Origin: an uncultured Bacilli bacterium | GTDB taxonomy: Bacteria > Bacillota_I > Bacilli_A > RF39 > UBA660 | NCBI GenBank assembly: GCA_963931185.1 | Contig: OZ006981.1 | Span: forward strand, 766,859-830,858 | Length of the DNA stretch: 64,000 nt | Direction: 5' to 3' | In this document: positions 20,873-30,807 of the stretch, piece by piece | Layout: every line of letters starts with the position of its first letter | Position numbering within the stretch: position 1 is the first letter of the stretch | Translations under genes and position numbers: made by a program | Notes under the pieces: generated by a model | Told to the model about the DNA's origin: nothing | The model's input: the letters and a program-made list of their open reading frames with translations, nothing else | Databases searched by the model: none

Positions 20873-21415
20873 ATGTCAAATATTTTTACTTTAATAATAG
20901 TAGCAGTAAGTTTAAGTATGGACACATTTTCTTTGTCAATTGCTTATGGTATGTTTGACTTAAAGAGTAAAGTAATTAAAATAGTTAGTATTTGTGTAGG
21001 AATGTTTCATTTTTTTATGCCAATAATAGGAAATTGTTTAGGAAGTTACTTTTTAGATAAAATTTATTTTAACGCAAATATAATAATAGGAATAGTTTTT
21101 TTATGTTTATCTATTCAAATATTTACTTCACTTTTTAAAAAAGAAAAAATAGAACCATTAAATAATTTACTATCAATATTAGTTTTTTCTTTTACTGTTA
21201 GTTTGGATAGTTTTAGTGTTGGATTGGGTTTAAAAGCTATTACTGAATCGTATTTTTTAGCAGCATTTATTTTTATGATTATAAGTGCAATATTCACTTA
21301 TATAGGACTAAAAATGGGGAAAAAATTAAATAAATTAATAAAGAAAAAAGCACAAGTATTAGGAATTATTTTACTTTTATTATTGTCTATAACTTATATA
21401 TTAAAAGGTTGTTAA
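20873..21415 (+). CDS. mntP: Manganese efflux pump MntP
   Basis: Six-TM duplicated DUF204-like halves with conserved D residues in SMDTFS and SLDSFS. Confidence 0.7.
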   Translation: MSNIFTLIIVAVSLSMDTFSLSIAYGMFDLKSKVIKIVSICVGMFHFFMPIIGNCLGSYFLDKIYFNANIIIGIVFLCLSIQIFTSLFKKEKIEPLNNLLSILVFSFTVSLDSFSVGLGLKAITESYFLAAFIFMIISAIFTYIGLKMGKKLNKLIKKKAQVLGIILLLLLSITYILKGC

Positions 21416-21493
21416 AATCTGTACATATTATTTTGCTTCTCTTGACTCTTGTTAGTAATATGCTACAATTAAATTAAAGGTACGGTGATAATA

Positions 21494-22333
21494 ATGCTAG
21501 TTAATAGCAAACAAATGTTGTTGGAAGCAAAAGAAAAAAAATATGCAATTCCTCAGTTTAACATTAATAACTTAGAATGGACAAAAACAATCTTAGAAAA
21601 ATGTAATGAAATGAATTTACCAGTCATTTTAGGAGTAAGTGAAGGTGCTATCAAATATATGGGAGGGTGTAATACTGTTGTTGGAATGGTTAAAGGTCTA
21701 ATAAAAGACTTAAATATTCAAATACCAGTATGTTTACATGTCGATCATGGACAAAGTTTTGAATTGTGTAAAAAAGCAATTGATGCAGGTTTTACTTCGG
21801 TAATGATAGATGCTTCAAAATATCCTTTAGATGAAAATTTTAGAATTACTAAAGAAGTTGTTGATTATGCTCATACAAAAAATGTAACAGTAGAAGCAGA
21901 AGTAGGACATATTGGTGGAACAGAAGATAATATAACTTCTAATGCTAATAATGCTACATTAGAAGATTGTTTAGAAATTTCTAAAACAGGAATAGACTCT
22001 TTAGCACCAGCTTTAGGAAGTGTCCATGGATTATATAAAGGAGAACCAAATTTAGATTTTAAAACAATGAAAGAAATTAATGATAATTTAGCAATACCTT
22101 TAGTGTTACATGGTGGAACGGGAATACCTAATGATGATATAAAAAAAGCTATAGAATGTGGAATAAGTAAAATAAATATTAATACAGAATTGCAAATTGC
22201 TTGGCATAATGATGTAGTTAAATTTGTTAAAGAATTTGAAAGTGTATATGATCCACGAAAAGTAATTGGTTCTGGAAAAAATGCAATGTTAAAAGCTATT
22301 GAAGATAAAAACATTTTGTTTTTTAGGCTATAG
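21494..22333 (+). CDS. fba: Fructose-bisphosphate aldolase, class II
   Basis: LHVDHG and HGGTGIP motifs. Confidence 0.85.
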   Translation: MLVNSKQMLLEAKEKKYAIPQFNINNLEWTKTILEKCNEMNLPVILGVSEGAIKYMGGCNTVVGMVKGLIKDLNIQIPVCLHVDHGQSFELCKKAIDAGFTSVMIDASKYPLDENFRITKEVVDYAHTKNVTVEAEVGHIGGTEDNITSNANNATLEDCLEISKTGIDSLAPALGSVHGLYKGEPNLDFKTMKEINDNLAIPLVLHGGTGIPNDDIKKAIECGISKININTELQIAWHNDVVKFVKEFESVYDPRKVIGSGKNAMLKAIEDKNILFFRL

Positions 22334-22376
22334 TGTCCAAAATAAATAAAAAAAATAAAATATAACAGGTGAGATT

Positions 22377-23630
22377 ATGAAAGTTATAAAAATTGAAGGA
22401 AACCATGATTTATCGGGAACAATTAAAATAAGTGGAGCAAAAAATAGTTCTGTTGCTTTACTGCCTGCTTCAATATTAGCTGATACTGATGTTACCATTT
22501 GCAATGTTCCAGAAATAACAGATACTGATGTATTATGTGAAATGTTAGAGTTTTTAGGAGCCAATGTAAGAAGAGCAAGTGAGAGTGTCGTTATAACTCC
22601 AACTACAATTGAAAATAAGTTTATTCCTGAAAAATATTCTAAAAAATTACGTGCATCATATTACTTTATGGGAGCATTATTAGGAAAATTTAAACATGTA
22701 GAAATATCACTTCCAGGTGGATGCTCTATAGGAGCAAGACCAATAAATTTACATTTAAAAGGATTTGAGTCATTAGGAGCAACGATAACTACAGAAAATG
22801 ATAAATATATTGTCGATGCCAAAGAATTAAAAGGAGCAAATATTTATCTTGATATTGCATCAGTAGGAGCTACCATTAATATAATGTTGGCTAGTGTTTT
22901 AGCAAAAGGAAAAACAACAATTGAAAACGCCGCTAAAGAACCAGAAATTGTAAATGTAGCAACTTTTTTAAACAACATGGGTGCAAAAATAACAGGTGCT
23001 GGTACTTCACAAATTAGAATAACGGGAGTTGAAAAATTAAATGGATGCTACCATGAAGTGATACCAGATAGAATAGAAGCGGGAACTTATACAATTATTG
23101 GAGCTTTAACAGGAGACCATTTAAAAATATACAATATTATTCCAGAACATATAGAGGCTCTTACTTCAAAATTAGAAGAAATGGGGGCTGATATAGAAAT
23201 AGGTTCAGATTATTTAGTTATTAATAAAAAAAGTGAATACAGACCAGTTAATATAAAAACACTAGTATACCCTGGATTTCCAACTGATTTGCAACAACCA
23301 TTTTCTGTATTATTGTCTAAATGTAATGGAAAATCGACAATCGAAGAAACAATATTCGAAAATAGGTTTATGCATTTACCAGAATTAAAAAAATTAGGTA
23401 TGAAAATATCAAAAGATGGAATGAAAGCAACTTTTAGTGGGCCTAACAAACTTATTGGTACTGAAGTAAATGCAACAGATTTAAGAGCAGGAGCATCTCT
23501 TGTTGCCGCAGCTCTTGCAGCTGAAGGAACAACCACAATAACAAACGCTGAGCATATATTGAGGGGATATGAAGGAATAGTGGAAAAATTAGAAGATGTA
23601 GGTGCTAAAATAACGCTTGAAGAAATATAA
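22377..23630 (+). CDS. murA: UDP-N-acetylglucosamine 1-carboxyvinyltransferase
   Basis: 417-aa EPT fold with active-site Cys (GGCSIGARP). Confidence 0.9.
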   Translation: MKVIKIEGNHDLSGTIKISGAKNSSVALLPASILADTDVTICNVPEITDTDVLCEMLEFLGANVRRASESVVITPTTIENKFIPEKYSKKLRASYYFMGALLGKFKHVEISLPGGCSIGARPINLHLKGFESLGATITTENDKYIVDAKELKGANIYLDIASVGATINIMLASVLAKGKTTIENAAKEPEIVNVATFLNNMGAKITGAGTSQIRITGVEKLNGCYHEVIPDRIEAGTYTIIGALTGDHLKIYNIIPEHIEALTSKLEEMGADIEIGSDYLVINKKSEYRPVNIKTLVYPGFPTDLQQPFSVLLSKCNGKSTIEETIFENRFMHLPELKKLGMKISKDGMKATFSGPNKLIGTEVNATDLRAGASLVAAALAAEGTTTITNAEHILRGYEGIVEKLEDVGAKITLEEI

Positions 23631-23661
23631 TAGAGATGTATAAGGATTGAAAGGAGCAAAT

Positions 23662-24408
23662 ATGAAAAAGCATATAAAATTGATAATCTTTATAGCTTCT
23701 TTATTAATAGTGTTTTTAATATATAAGAGCTTTGAATATAAACAAGGAAAAATATTTTATATTGCTCTAGGAGATTCAGTCGCTGAAGGAATGAATTCTT
23801 ATGGTGCTATTGGATATGGATATGCAGACTATGTCAGTGAATATTTAGATAAAAATGATAGATTAGACTTTTATACTAAAGGCTTTGCTAAATCTGGATA
23901 TACCATAGAAAATGTAAAAAATGATATTGAGAATAATAAAACTATTGAAATTGATGGAAAAAAAGTTAATATTAAAGAAGCTTTAAGAGAATCTGATTTA
24001 GTGACCATATCTATAGGTGCTAACGACTTTATAAAAGGATTAACGATAACTAATGTTTACAGTAAACTTGAAAATCTTAAGCAATCAAAAAAAGAAATTG
24101 ATCAAATTGGAGAAAATTTAAAAGAGCTAATAGAGTTAATAAAAGATTATGCAAGTAATAAAATAATTTTGTTAGGCTATTATAATCCATTACCAAGGTT
24201 AAAAGTAGTTAAAGAAGAAATTGATGAGTTAGTAAAATATTCTAACTATATGTATGAAAAAATTTGTGATGATTATGAAATAACCTATATTGATATTTTT
24301 GATATTTTTGATGGAAATGAAGATTTATTACCAAATTCTTTAGATATACATCCAAATACAAAAGGCTATGAAAAAATAGCGGATAAGATTATAAAAGAGG
24401 TTGATTAA
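23662..24408 (+). CDS. SGNH/GDSL family lipase or acylhydrolase (secreted)
   Basis: Signal/TM N-terminus, GDS motif (ALGDSVAEG), GAND block, and a distal DxxH-like motif (SLDIHP). Confidence 0.7.
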   Translation: MKKHIKLIIFIASLLIVFLIYKSFEYKQGKIFYIALGDSVAEGMNSYGAIGYGYADYVSEYLDKNDRLDFYTKGFAKSGYTIENVKNDIENNKTIEIDGKKVNIKEALRESDLVTISIGANDFIKGLTITNVYSKLENLKQSKKEIDQIGENLKELIELIKDYASNKIILLGYYNPLPRLKVVKEEIDELVKYSNYMYEKICDDYEITYIDIFDIFDGNEDLLPNSLDIHPNTKGYEKIADKIIKEVD

Positions 24409-24474
24409 TAAACATAAGAGTTGACAAAATTGTTAATAAAGTGTATATTATACATGCATGTTTGAGGTGAATTT

Positions 24475-24612
24475 ATGAATAAGAAGGGTTTAGTTACTAT
24501 TGAAATATTAACAATATTGTTTGTACCGGGAATGTTAACATTGTACGTTGTTACTAAATTAGTCAAATTATTAAATAAATTTCATCTTAAAAAAGTAAAA
24601 GAATTGCAATAA
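24475..24612 (+). CDS. Small hydrophobic peptide, 45 aa (hypothetical)
   Basis: TTGACA-N17-TATATTAT promoter at 24421-24450 and a GAGGTG RBS. The peptide MNKKGLVTIEILTILFVPGMLTLYVVTKLVKLLNKFHLKKVKELQ has one TM segment. It is not in the ORF track. Confidence 0.35.
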   Translation: MNKKGLVTIEILTILFVPGMLTLYVVTKLVKLLNKFHLKKVKELQ

Positions 24613-24656
24613 AATTATTACTATGATTAGAGTAATCATGGCGGGAGGAGAATATT

Positions 24657-24872
24657 ATGAAAAAAGGAATACATCCAGAATACAAAAAAGCAACAGTTAT
24701 ATGTGCATGTGGTGAAACTTTTGAAGTAGAATCAACAAAAGATGTTATTAACGTTGAAGTATGTTCTAAATGTCATCCATTCTATACTAATAAACAATCT
24801 AGAAAATCTCATACAGGTAGAGTAGATAAGTTTAATAAAAAGTATGGATTTACAACAGAAGAAGCAAAATAA
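24657..24872 (+). CDS. rpmE: 50S ribosomal protein L31
   Basis: [24 protein letters not shown]...CSKCHPFYT. Confidence 0.9.
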   Translation: MKKGIHPEYKKATVICACGETFEVESTKDVINVEVCSKCHPFYTNKQSRKSHTGRVDKFNKKYGFTTEEAK

Positions 24873-24875
24873 TAT

Positions 24876-24900
24876 ACCTATATTTGATAGGTATTTTTTT
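24876..24900 (+). terminator. Rho-independent terminator after rpmE
   Basis: TACCTAT-attt-GATAGGTA hairpin plus T9. Confidence 0.7.
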
Positions 24901-24971
24901 TTGAAAAAATTAGTAGAAATATTGTTCTTTTTTTTAATATGTGCTAATATAAAATAAAGAAGGAGGAAAGT

Positions 24972-25571
24972 ATGAAGAAGTTTAAGGTAAATGAAAATTT
25001 ACTAGCATTATTAATGTTTGCAGCTATGTTTGCAGGATGGCAATATTTAATTATTGTTACAGCATTTATTTGGGTATTTTGTGAGGCAGGAAAAAGCTTA
25101 AAAAATTTAACAATTAAAATTATTGCTTTATATGGAGCATGTGCATTAGTATTGCTTGGATGGGATGTAATTAACCAAGGAATTACAACATTATTTGGAG
25201 GGTTAAGAAAATTCTTCGAAATGTTAGTATCTTGGGGAGTTAGCAAAGATCTAGTTAATGGATATGACGATTATTTCTATATTCCAATTTGCGTAAAAGT
25301 ATTTGAAATATTAGGTGAAGTTGTTACATTCATTATATTAGTAGTTAAATTTAGATTTATTCTTTCTGTAATTTCTAATAAAGAAATGAAGGGTGTATTC
25401 TTCCCAGTTCAAGGATTACTTGATAAAATAGTAACATTTGCTAATAATAATTTCTATGAAGATGATAAAGCTAGTAAAGAAACTTCAAGTAAAGGTAAAT
25501 TTTGTCCGAAATGTGGAGAAAAAATAGAAGAGAATGCTAGTTTCTGTACTTCATGTGGAAATAAATTTTAA
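24972..25571 (+). CDS. Membrane protein with C-terminal zinc-ribbon (hypothetical)
   Basis: Four predicted TM segments and a C-terminal CPKCG...CTSCG ribbon. Confidence 0.5.
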   Translation: MKKFKVNENLLALLMFAAMFAGWQYLIIVTAFIWVFCEAGKSLKNLTIKIIALYGACALVLLGWDVINQGITTLFGGLRKFFEMLVSWGVSKDLVNGYDDYFYIPICVKVFEILGEVVTFIILVVKFRFILSVISNKEMKGVFFPVQGLLDKIVTFANNNFYEDDKASKETSSKGKFCPKCGEKIEENASFCTSCGNKF

Positions 25572-25573
25572 TT

Positions 25574-25600
25574 TCTAAAATAAAACGGCTTAAGCCGTTT
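25574..25600 (+). terminator. Rho-independent terminator
   Basis: AAACGGCTTAAGCCGTTTTTT, a perfect hairpin plus T-run. Confidence 0.8.
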
Positions 25601-26353
25601 TTTATATTTATAAGAAAAGTGCATGGAAATAAAAATAGATAATAGATATATGATGATTAAATATTATATTTATATCTATACTAAAAAGTTATAATGAGAA
25701 ATTTAATCTTGAATTATTTAAATTTAATAATTACAAAGCTTCGATATGTTTTAATTTGTAATTACACATATAATTAGAATGATAAGTAATATTATTTAAT
25801 ATTTTTTGTTGTCAATCATAATGTGAAAAAAAGTTATATATCATATTTTAATTGAAAAAAAAGATAAATTATCATATAATGATTATATAAAATAAAAAGG
25901 AGGAAAATATAAGAAATAAAAAAATAAATGTTTGAGAAACTTAATGGGCTAAAAGTGTATTTCTATTTTATAAATAATAACTATATTGCGATAACAAAAA
26001 CATATAAGCAAAGTAAAAAAATAAAATAAATTTAGAAAACTATCTATATAGCAAAAAGAAGTATTGTATTTTATTTTGAAAAGTTAAGTTAGTATAAGTT
26101 CAAAAATTTTCTTTTTTATAAAAAGATAAATTATTAAAATAGTTTATAAATATTATATTTAATTTTTTTACTAAAGATGTGTTATTAATTAAGTATCTGT
26201 TTTATTTTATTTGATAAATATTTTATTTAATATTAAAATACTTACCAATGCTATATGATTATTTTAATTTATTAATGTATTTACTTTTTGTATGAAAAAT
26301 TAAATTAATTAAAAATAAAGCTATGTTAAAAATCAAAAAATAAAGGAGTTAAT

Positions 26354-26644
26354 ATGGAATTAAAAGAAGAAGAATTAGAAAGAATATTTGCGGGTAATTC
26401 ACAAGATATAAGTGAAAAAATTGCAATCGATAATCCAAATCTATTTAGAAATAGACAAATGGAAGAATTAAAAGAAGAAGAATTAGAAAAAATATTTGCG
26501 GGTAATTCACAAGGTATGAGCGAAAAAATTGCAATCGATAATCCAAATTTATTTAGAGATGAACAAATAGAAGAATTAAGAGAGACAATAGAAAGTTTAT
26601 TTAATGAGGAAAAATCGCATGATGACGCACCAAAGATCAGATAA
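26354..26644 (+). CDS. Small acidic protein with an internal 2x about 36-aa tandem repeat (hypothetical)
   Basis: The repeat unit is (M)EELKEEELE(R/K)IFAGNSQ..SEKIAIDNPNLFR. A GGAG RBS precedes it. It is isolated inside about 2 kb of non-coding AT-rich DNA. Confidence 0.45.
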   Translation: MELKEEELERIFAGNSQDISEKIAIDNPNLFRNRQMEELKEEELEKIFAGNSQGMSEKIAIDNPNLFRDEQIEELRETIESLFNEEKSHDDAPKIR

Positions 26645-27709
26645 TAATTGTTGCAAGTAAAATTAAAAATATACTAAGAACGATAAAATATTAGAATTAA
26701 AATAAATTTGTTTGTGTAGTAGCATCATTTTAGATATATTAATATTTAAGTACATAAAGACGATTAAAAATAGTTATGAAAGTTATAAATAATAAAATAG
26801 TCAATATATTACATGAATCTTTGTGATAGCATTGTATGAAAAGTTTTTGAAATATAAAAGCCTATTAAAGGAAATTATTTAATTTAGTAAATTATTAATA
26901 TTTACAATAAAATTTGTTTCTAACGAGAAAATCAGAAATTTTTAATTAACAAAATAGATTTAATATTAAATAATGAATTTTCAATATTTACATTAGAAAT
27001 ATTGAAAGTATCGAGGTAGTAAGTAAAAGGGAATTAAGATATGATTACATATTATGATTTAGAAAATAAAGAAAAAAAGAAATATGAAAAAGAGTTTAAA
27101 AAGACACCTGTAGGGAAAGAAATAAACCACAGAAAAAATAATAATAGAAGTATTAATGTTATCTATTGATTTATTCTTGCTTTTTTGTGAGTTTTATCTA
27201 AAAATTGAAAATGATTTTTCAGATGTATGGTTATTTACATTTCTTGTTTTTATTATTGATTATATATATTTTGATATAAATTTTACTGCATGGTTAAAGA
27301 ATAAGCATGATATAAAAAGATGGTAAAACAAGAATTTTAATTTATAAACTTAATAAAAATATACACCTGTATTAGTAATAATTTTTATAGTAATAGAATT
27401 TTTAACATATATTTTAATATCTCAACAAAACCGCAATCATTATACTTTTTGGATTTGTATATTTATAAATAATGTGAAATAAAAAATATAAAATTAATTC
27501 AAGATAATTGAGTTAATTTTTTTTATTAGCAATAATTTATTAAATAAATATAAGAATAAAAAATAAAATGACATTCTAAGATTTGTCAACTATTAATTTT
27601 TATGATATATTAATACACGCTAAAAACACACGAAATTTGATATTTTTTAAAAATTATCAAATAATGTGTTATTTGGTATATAATATAAGTGTAGTTAGTG
27701 GTGTAACTA

Positions 27710-28896
27710 TTATTTATCTAATTGCTTACATAAAGCTAGAATTTTGCGTAGAAGCTTTGTAGTACAAGCAATAATGGCTGCGTAATGATGTTTACCTTCA
27801 TTACGCTTTTTTCTGTAATAAATTTCTATATCGTTTTCAATATGACATTTAGGAGATAATCTAACAATATTTAGACAACTAACAAATAATATCTTTCTTA
27901 AATATTTATTACCTGATTTAGATATAGGACCATGAATATCTATACTTCTTCCAGATTGTTTAATAGAAGGATCTAAACCACAATAAGCAGTTAGTTCTTT
28001 AATATTATTAAATCTATTAATATCGCCAAGCTCAGCAATAATGATAGAAGCAGAAAACTCACCAATGCCATAAATAGAGTTAATTATTTCAAAATATTTA
28101 GATTTCTTAGCTAAACAAGTAATTTTATATTTAATAATATCAATTGCTTTTTGATATTCATTAACCAGTCTAGATATTTGAGATAAGTTAGAAACAGTTT
28201 CATCATTCATATCAACTGAAGGATAAGAATTACAAGCTGCTTCTTTAATTTTGATTGGTTTAGACTTCTAGTATTTGCAATAATATCAGCATGTGGATAT
28301 TTCTCTATAAATTCTAAGGCAATGCTTGAATAAATAGTATTATTTTTAAATATTAATTCATATTCAGGAAAACATAAATAAACCAAATTTCTATATCTAT
28401 TTTTCAGATTTACACATAATTCATCTAAAGCAAAATATTGTCTTGATAAAGCATTTAAATCCAAACATAACTGTTCAGGTTTGATATATTCTTTAAATGT
28501 ATTAGTTAGAAATAAATTAACCAAATTAAAGCAATCTTCTTTATCAGTTTTTGTTTTTCTTAAATTTCTTTTATGCATCTTTCCATAAATAGGATTAATA
28601 ACAAATACTTTAAAATTATTTTCTAAGAAAAATCTCTCTACTGGTCTATGATAAATACCAGTAGATTCCATTATTACAGAAATGCTTCCTAATTTCAATT
28701 TATTAATTCTATTAAGTAAATTAGAAAAATCATTAATAGAATGATTAATTTCGTATGGTTCAATTAGAACTTCACCACAAGAACTAATTAAAGTAACCAT
28801 ACTTTTCCCTTTAACTACATCAATGGCTAAACAATTATGCATAAGCACCATCCTTTCATTTACGATTGAACTCTTTGTCCTCATATTCCTCATCAC
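27710..28896 (-). pseudogene. IS110-family transposase, disrupted by a frameshift (two overlapping ORFs 28207..28896 and 27710..28210)
   Basis: The N-terminal ORF looks like a DEDD/RuvC-like domain and the C-terminal ORF (GIGEFSASIIIAELGDINRF) like a transposase_20-like domain. The two frames overlap by 4 nt near 28207-28260. Confidence 0.65.
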
Positions 28897-29026
28897 GCTT
28901 GTTATATAAGATTAAATAAATAATCCTCACATTCTAAAACTAGGATAATAAAAAGAAAAGAGCTAGGCCGTCATTTTAATGGATATGAAAACCCGTGTTA
29001 TAATCTGCCTAAACTCAATCGCGTAA

Positions 29027-29058
29027 TTTTTACTTATTTTTATAAAAATAAGTAAAAA
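29027..29058. repeat. Perfect 32-bp palindrome (TTTTTACTTATTTTTA/TAAAAATAAGTAAAAA) about 130 bp beyond the IS110 transposase 5' end
   Basis: Seen directly: 16-bp arms with no loop. Confidence 0.7.
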
Positions 29059-29145
29059 TATTATACTAATAAATCAATGATTTGCAACTTCATCAATTTA
29101 CTAACTAGTATTATACGTGTTATAATAAAATTATGAGGTGAGATA

Positions 29146-29598
29146 ATGAAATTGTGTATAGCTAGTGATCATCGTGGATATACTTTAAAAGAAAACTTAT
29201 TAAAATATTTAAAAGGAAAATATGATATTACTGATTTAGGAACAAATAATACGGAAATGGTGGATTATACTAAATATGGATTTTTAGTAGGTGAAAAAAT
29301 TAAAAATAATGAATATGATTTAGGTATAGTAATTTGTGGTAGTGGAATAGGAATATCTATAGCATGTAACAAAGTTAAGAAAGTACGCTGTGCTAAAGTA
29401 GACAATAAAGAAGATGCCATGTTAACTAGAAAAGATAATAATGCAAATGTAATTGCGCTATCAGGAAAAAAAGATATAAATGAGGCTATTGATATTGTAG
29501 AAACTTTTATAAATACAGAATTTGGTAATTTAGATAGATATGTAAAAAGAATTAATGACATATATAAATATGAAAATGGTGAGTATATTGACAGGTAA
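29146..29598 (+). CDS. rpiB: Ribose-5-phosphate isomerase B
   Basis: RpiB/LacAB fold with CGSGIG motif (VICGSGIGISIACNK). Confidence 0.85.
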   Translation: MKLCIASDHRGYTLKENLLKYLKGKYDITDLGTNNTEMVDYTKYGFLVGEKIKNNEYDLGIVICGSGIGISIACNKVKKVRCAKVDNKEDAMLTRKDNNANVIALSGKKDINEAIDIVETFINTEFGNLDRYVKRINDIYKYENGEYIDR

Positions 29599-29832
29599 AT
29601 TTTTTTTATATTTATTAATGAGCATAATAGTATTTTGGTCTATGGATTCACTAAATATAAATGGAATGTTTAAAAAAAATAAAATATATCAAGCAAGGTG
29701 TTTTTATTATTTAATAGCATTATCTTTAATTTATTTAACAACTAATTTTGTTTATGATATTTATTTAAATTTTTTATAAAAATAATGTATATAATCACTT
29801 AATTAGAAAAAAATACTAATGAGGTGAATTAT

Positions 29833-30462
29833 ATGAAGAAAAAATTAGTATTAAAACCATTTGTATTGCCGACTTTATATATTTTAATGGTTATTGCATT
29901 AATGACAATGTCTACAACTTTAATATATAAAGAAAAAGAAGAAGATGATGATTTAACATATGTTTCTGATAGTATAATTGATAATGGTATACCAGTAGTA
30001 AATGATAATCAAATAATTATTCTAAAACCATTTACAAGTGAAAGTGTAACAGTAACATCAGGATATTATAATTATCAAGCAGAAGCAACGAATCAAGAAA
30101 CTTCAATCGTAAAATATGAAAACACATATTTACAAAATTCTGGAGTTACATATTCTTCAACAGAGGAATTTGATGTAATCAGTATAATGGATGGTAAAGT
30201 TACAAAAGTATATAGTAATGATCTGTTAGGAAATATTGTTGAAATTACACATGATAAAAATTTTGTCAGTGTATATCAAATGCTAAACGATATTCCTAAA
30301 AATTTACAAGTAGGAACTAAAGTTACACGTGGTGAAATAATTGCCAAAAGTGGAACATCAAAACTAGCACCAGAAAATTACAATTTGCATTTTGAACTTA
30401 TGAAAGAAGGAAGTCTTGTAGATCCTAATAATTATATTGGAAAAGATTTTAAAGAATTATAA
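29833..30462 (+). CDS. SpoIIQ-like membrane protein with a degenerate LytM (M23) domain
   Basis: N-terminal TM segment. In the C-terminal M23 fold the HxH motif reads NLHFE, so the first His is replaced. It lies immediately upstream of spoIIID-mreB, the conserved clostridial spoIIQ position. Confidence 0.5.
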   Translation: MKKKLVLKPFVLPTLYILMVIALMTMSTTLIYKEKEEDDDLTYVSDSIIDNGIPVVNDNQIIILKPFTSESVTVTSGYYNYQAEATNQETSIVKYENTYLQNSGVTYSSTEEFDVISIMDGKVTKVYSNDLLGNIVEITHDKNFVSVYQMLNDIPKNLQVGTKVTRGEIIAKSGTSKLAPENYNLHFELMKEGSLVDPNNYIGKDFKEL

Positions 30463-30548
30463 TATTTAAAATTTATTAGGCTGTTAAACAGTCTTTTTTA
30501 TTCATATAAAAAAAACATATTTATATAATTAACTAGAGGATGATTTAT

Positions 30549-30806
30549 ATGAATAAACACATAATTAATAGAGTTTATAATGAAGCTATTTATATGTTAA
30601 AAACTAAAAAAACAGTCAGAGAGATAGCTAAAAAATTTAATGTTAGTAAGAGTACTGTTCATAAGGATTTACAAGAAAGACTTTATGATATTGATAAAAA
30701 GTTACATTCAGAAATAGTAGAAATATTCAAAAATCACATAGAAATAAGGCACATAAAAGGTGGTGAATCTACTAGAAAAAGATATTTAAAATTAAAAGAG
30801 GGATGA
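30549..30806 (+). CDS. spoIIID: Stage III sporulation protein D
   Basis: KTKKTVREIAKKFNVSKSTVHKDL HTH region and ...IRHIKGGESTRKRY tail, closely resembling Bacillus SpoIIID. Confidence 0.8.
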   Translation: MNKHIINRVYNEAIYMLKTKKTVREIAKKFNVSKSTVHKDLQERLYDIDKKLHSEIVEIFKNHIEIRHIKGGESTRKRYLKLKEG

Positions 30807-30807
30807 T

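Noticed and set aside
25600-27700. CRISPR array or tandem DNA repeats in the AT-rich desert
   Set aside because: Scanning by eye found no regularly spaced direct repeats of 25-40 bp, only low-complexity A/T runs.
28207-28210. Programmed -1/+1 frameshift in the IS110 transposase
   Set aside because: IS110-family elements are not known to use programmed frameshifting (unlike IS1 and IS3). I saw no slippery heptamer, so mutation or sequencing error is the simpler explanation.
29555-29779. 74-aa membrane ORF overlapping the rpiB 3' end
   Set aside because: It overlaps rpiB by 44 nt, and I found no RBS. It is possibly real but unsupported, and was left unannotated.
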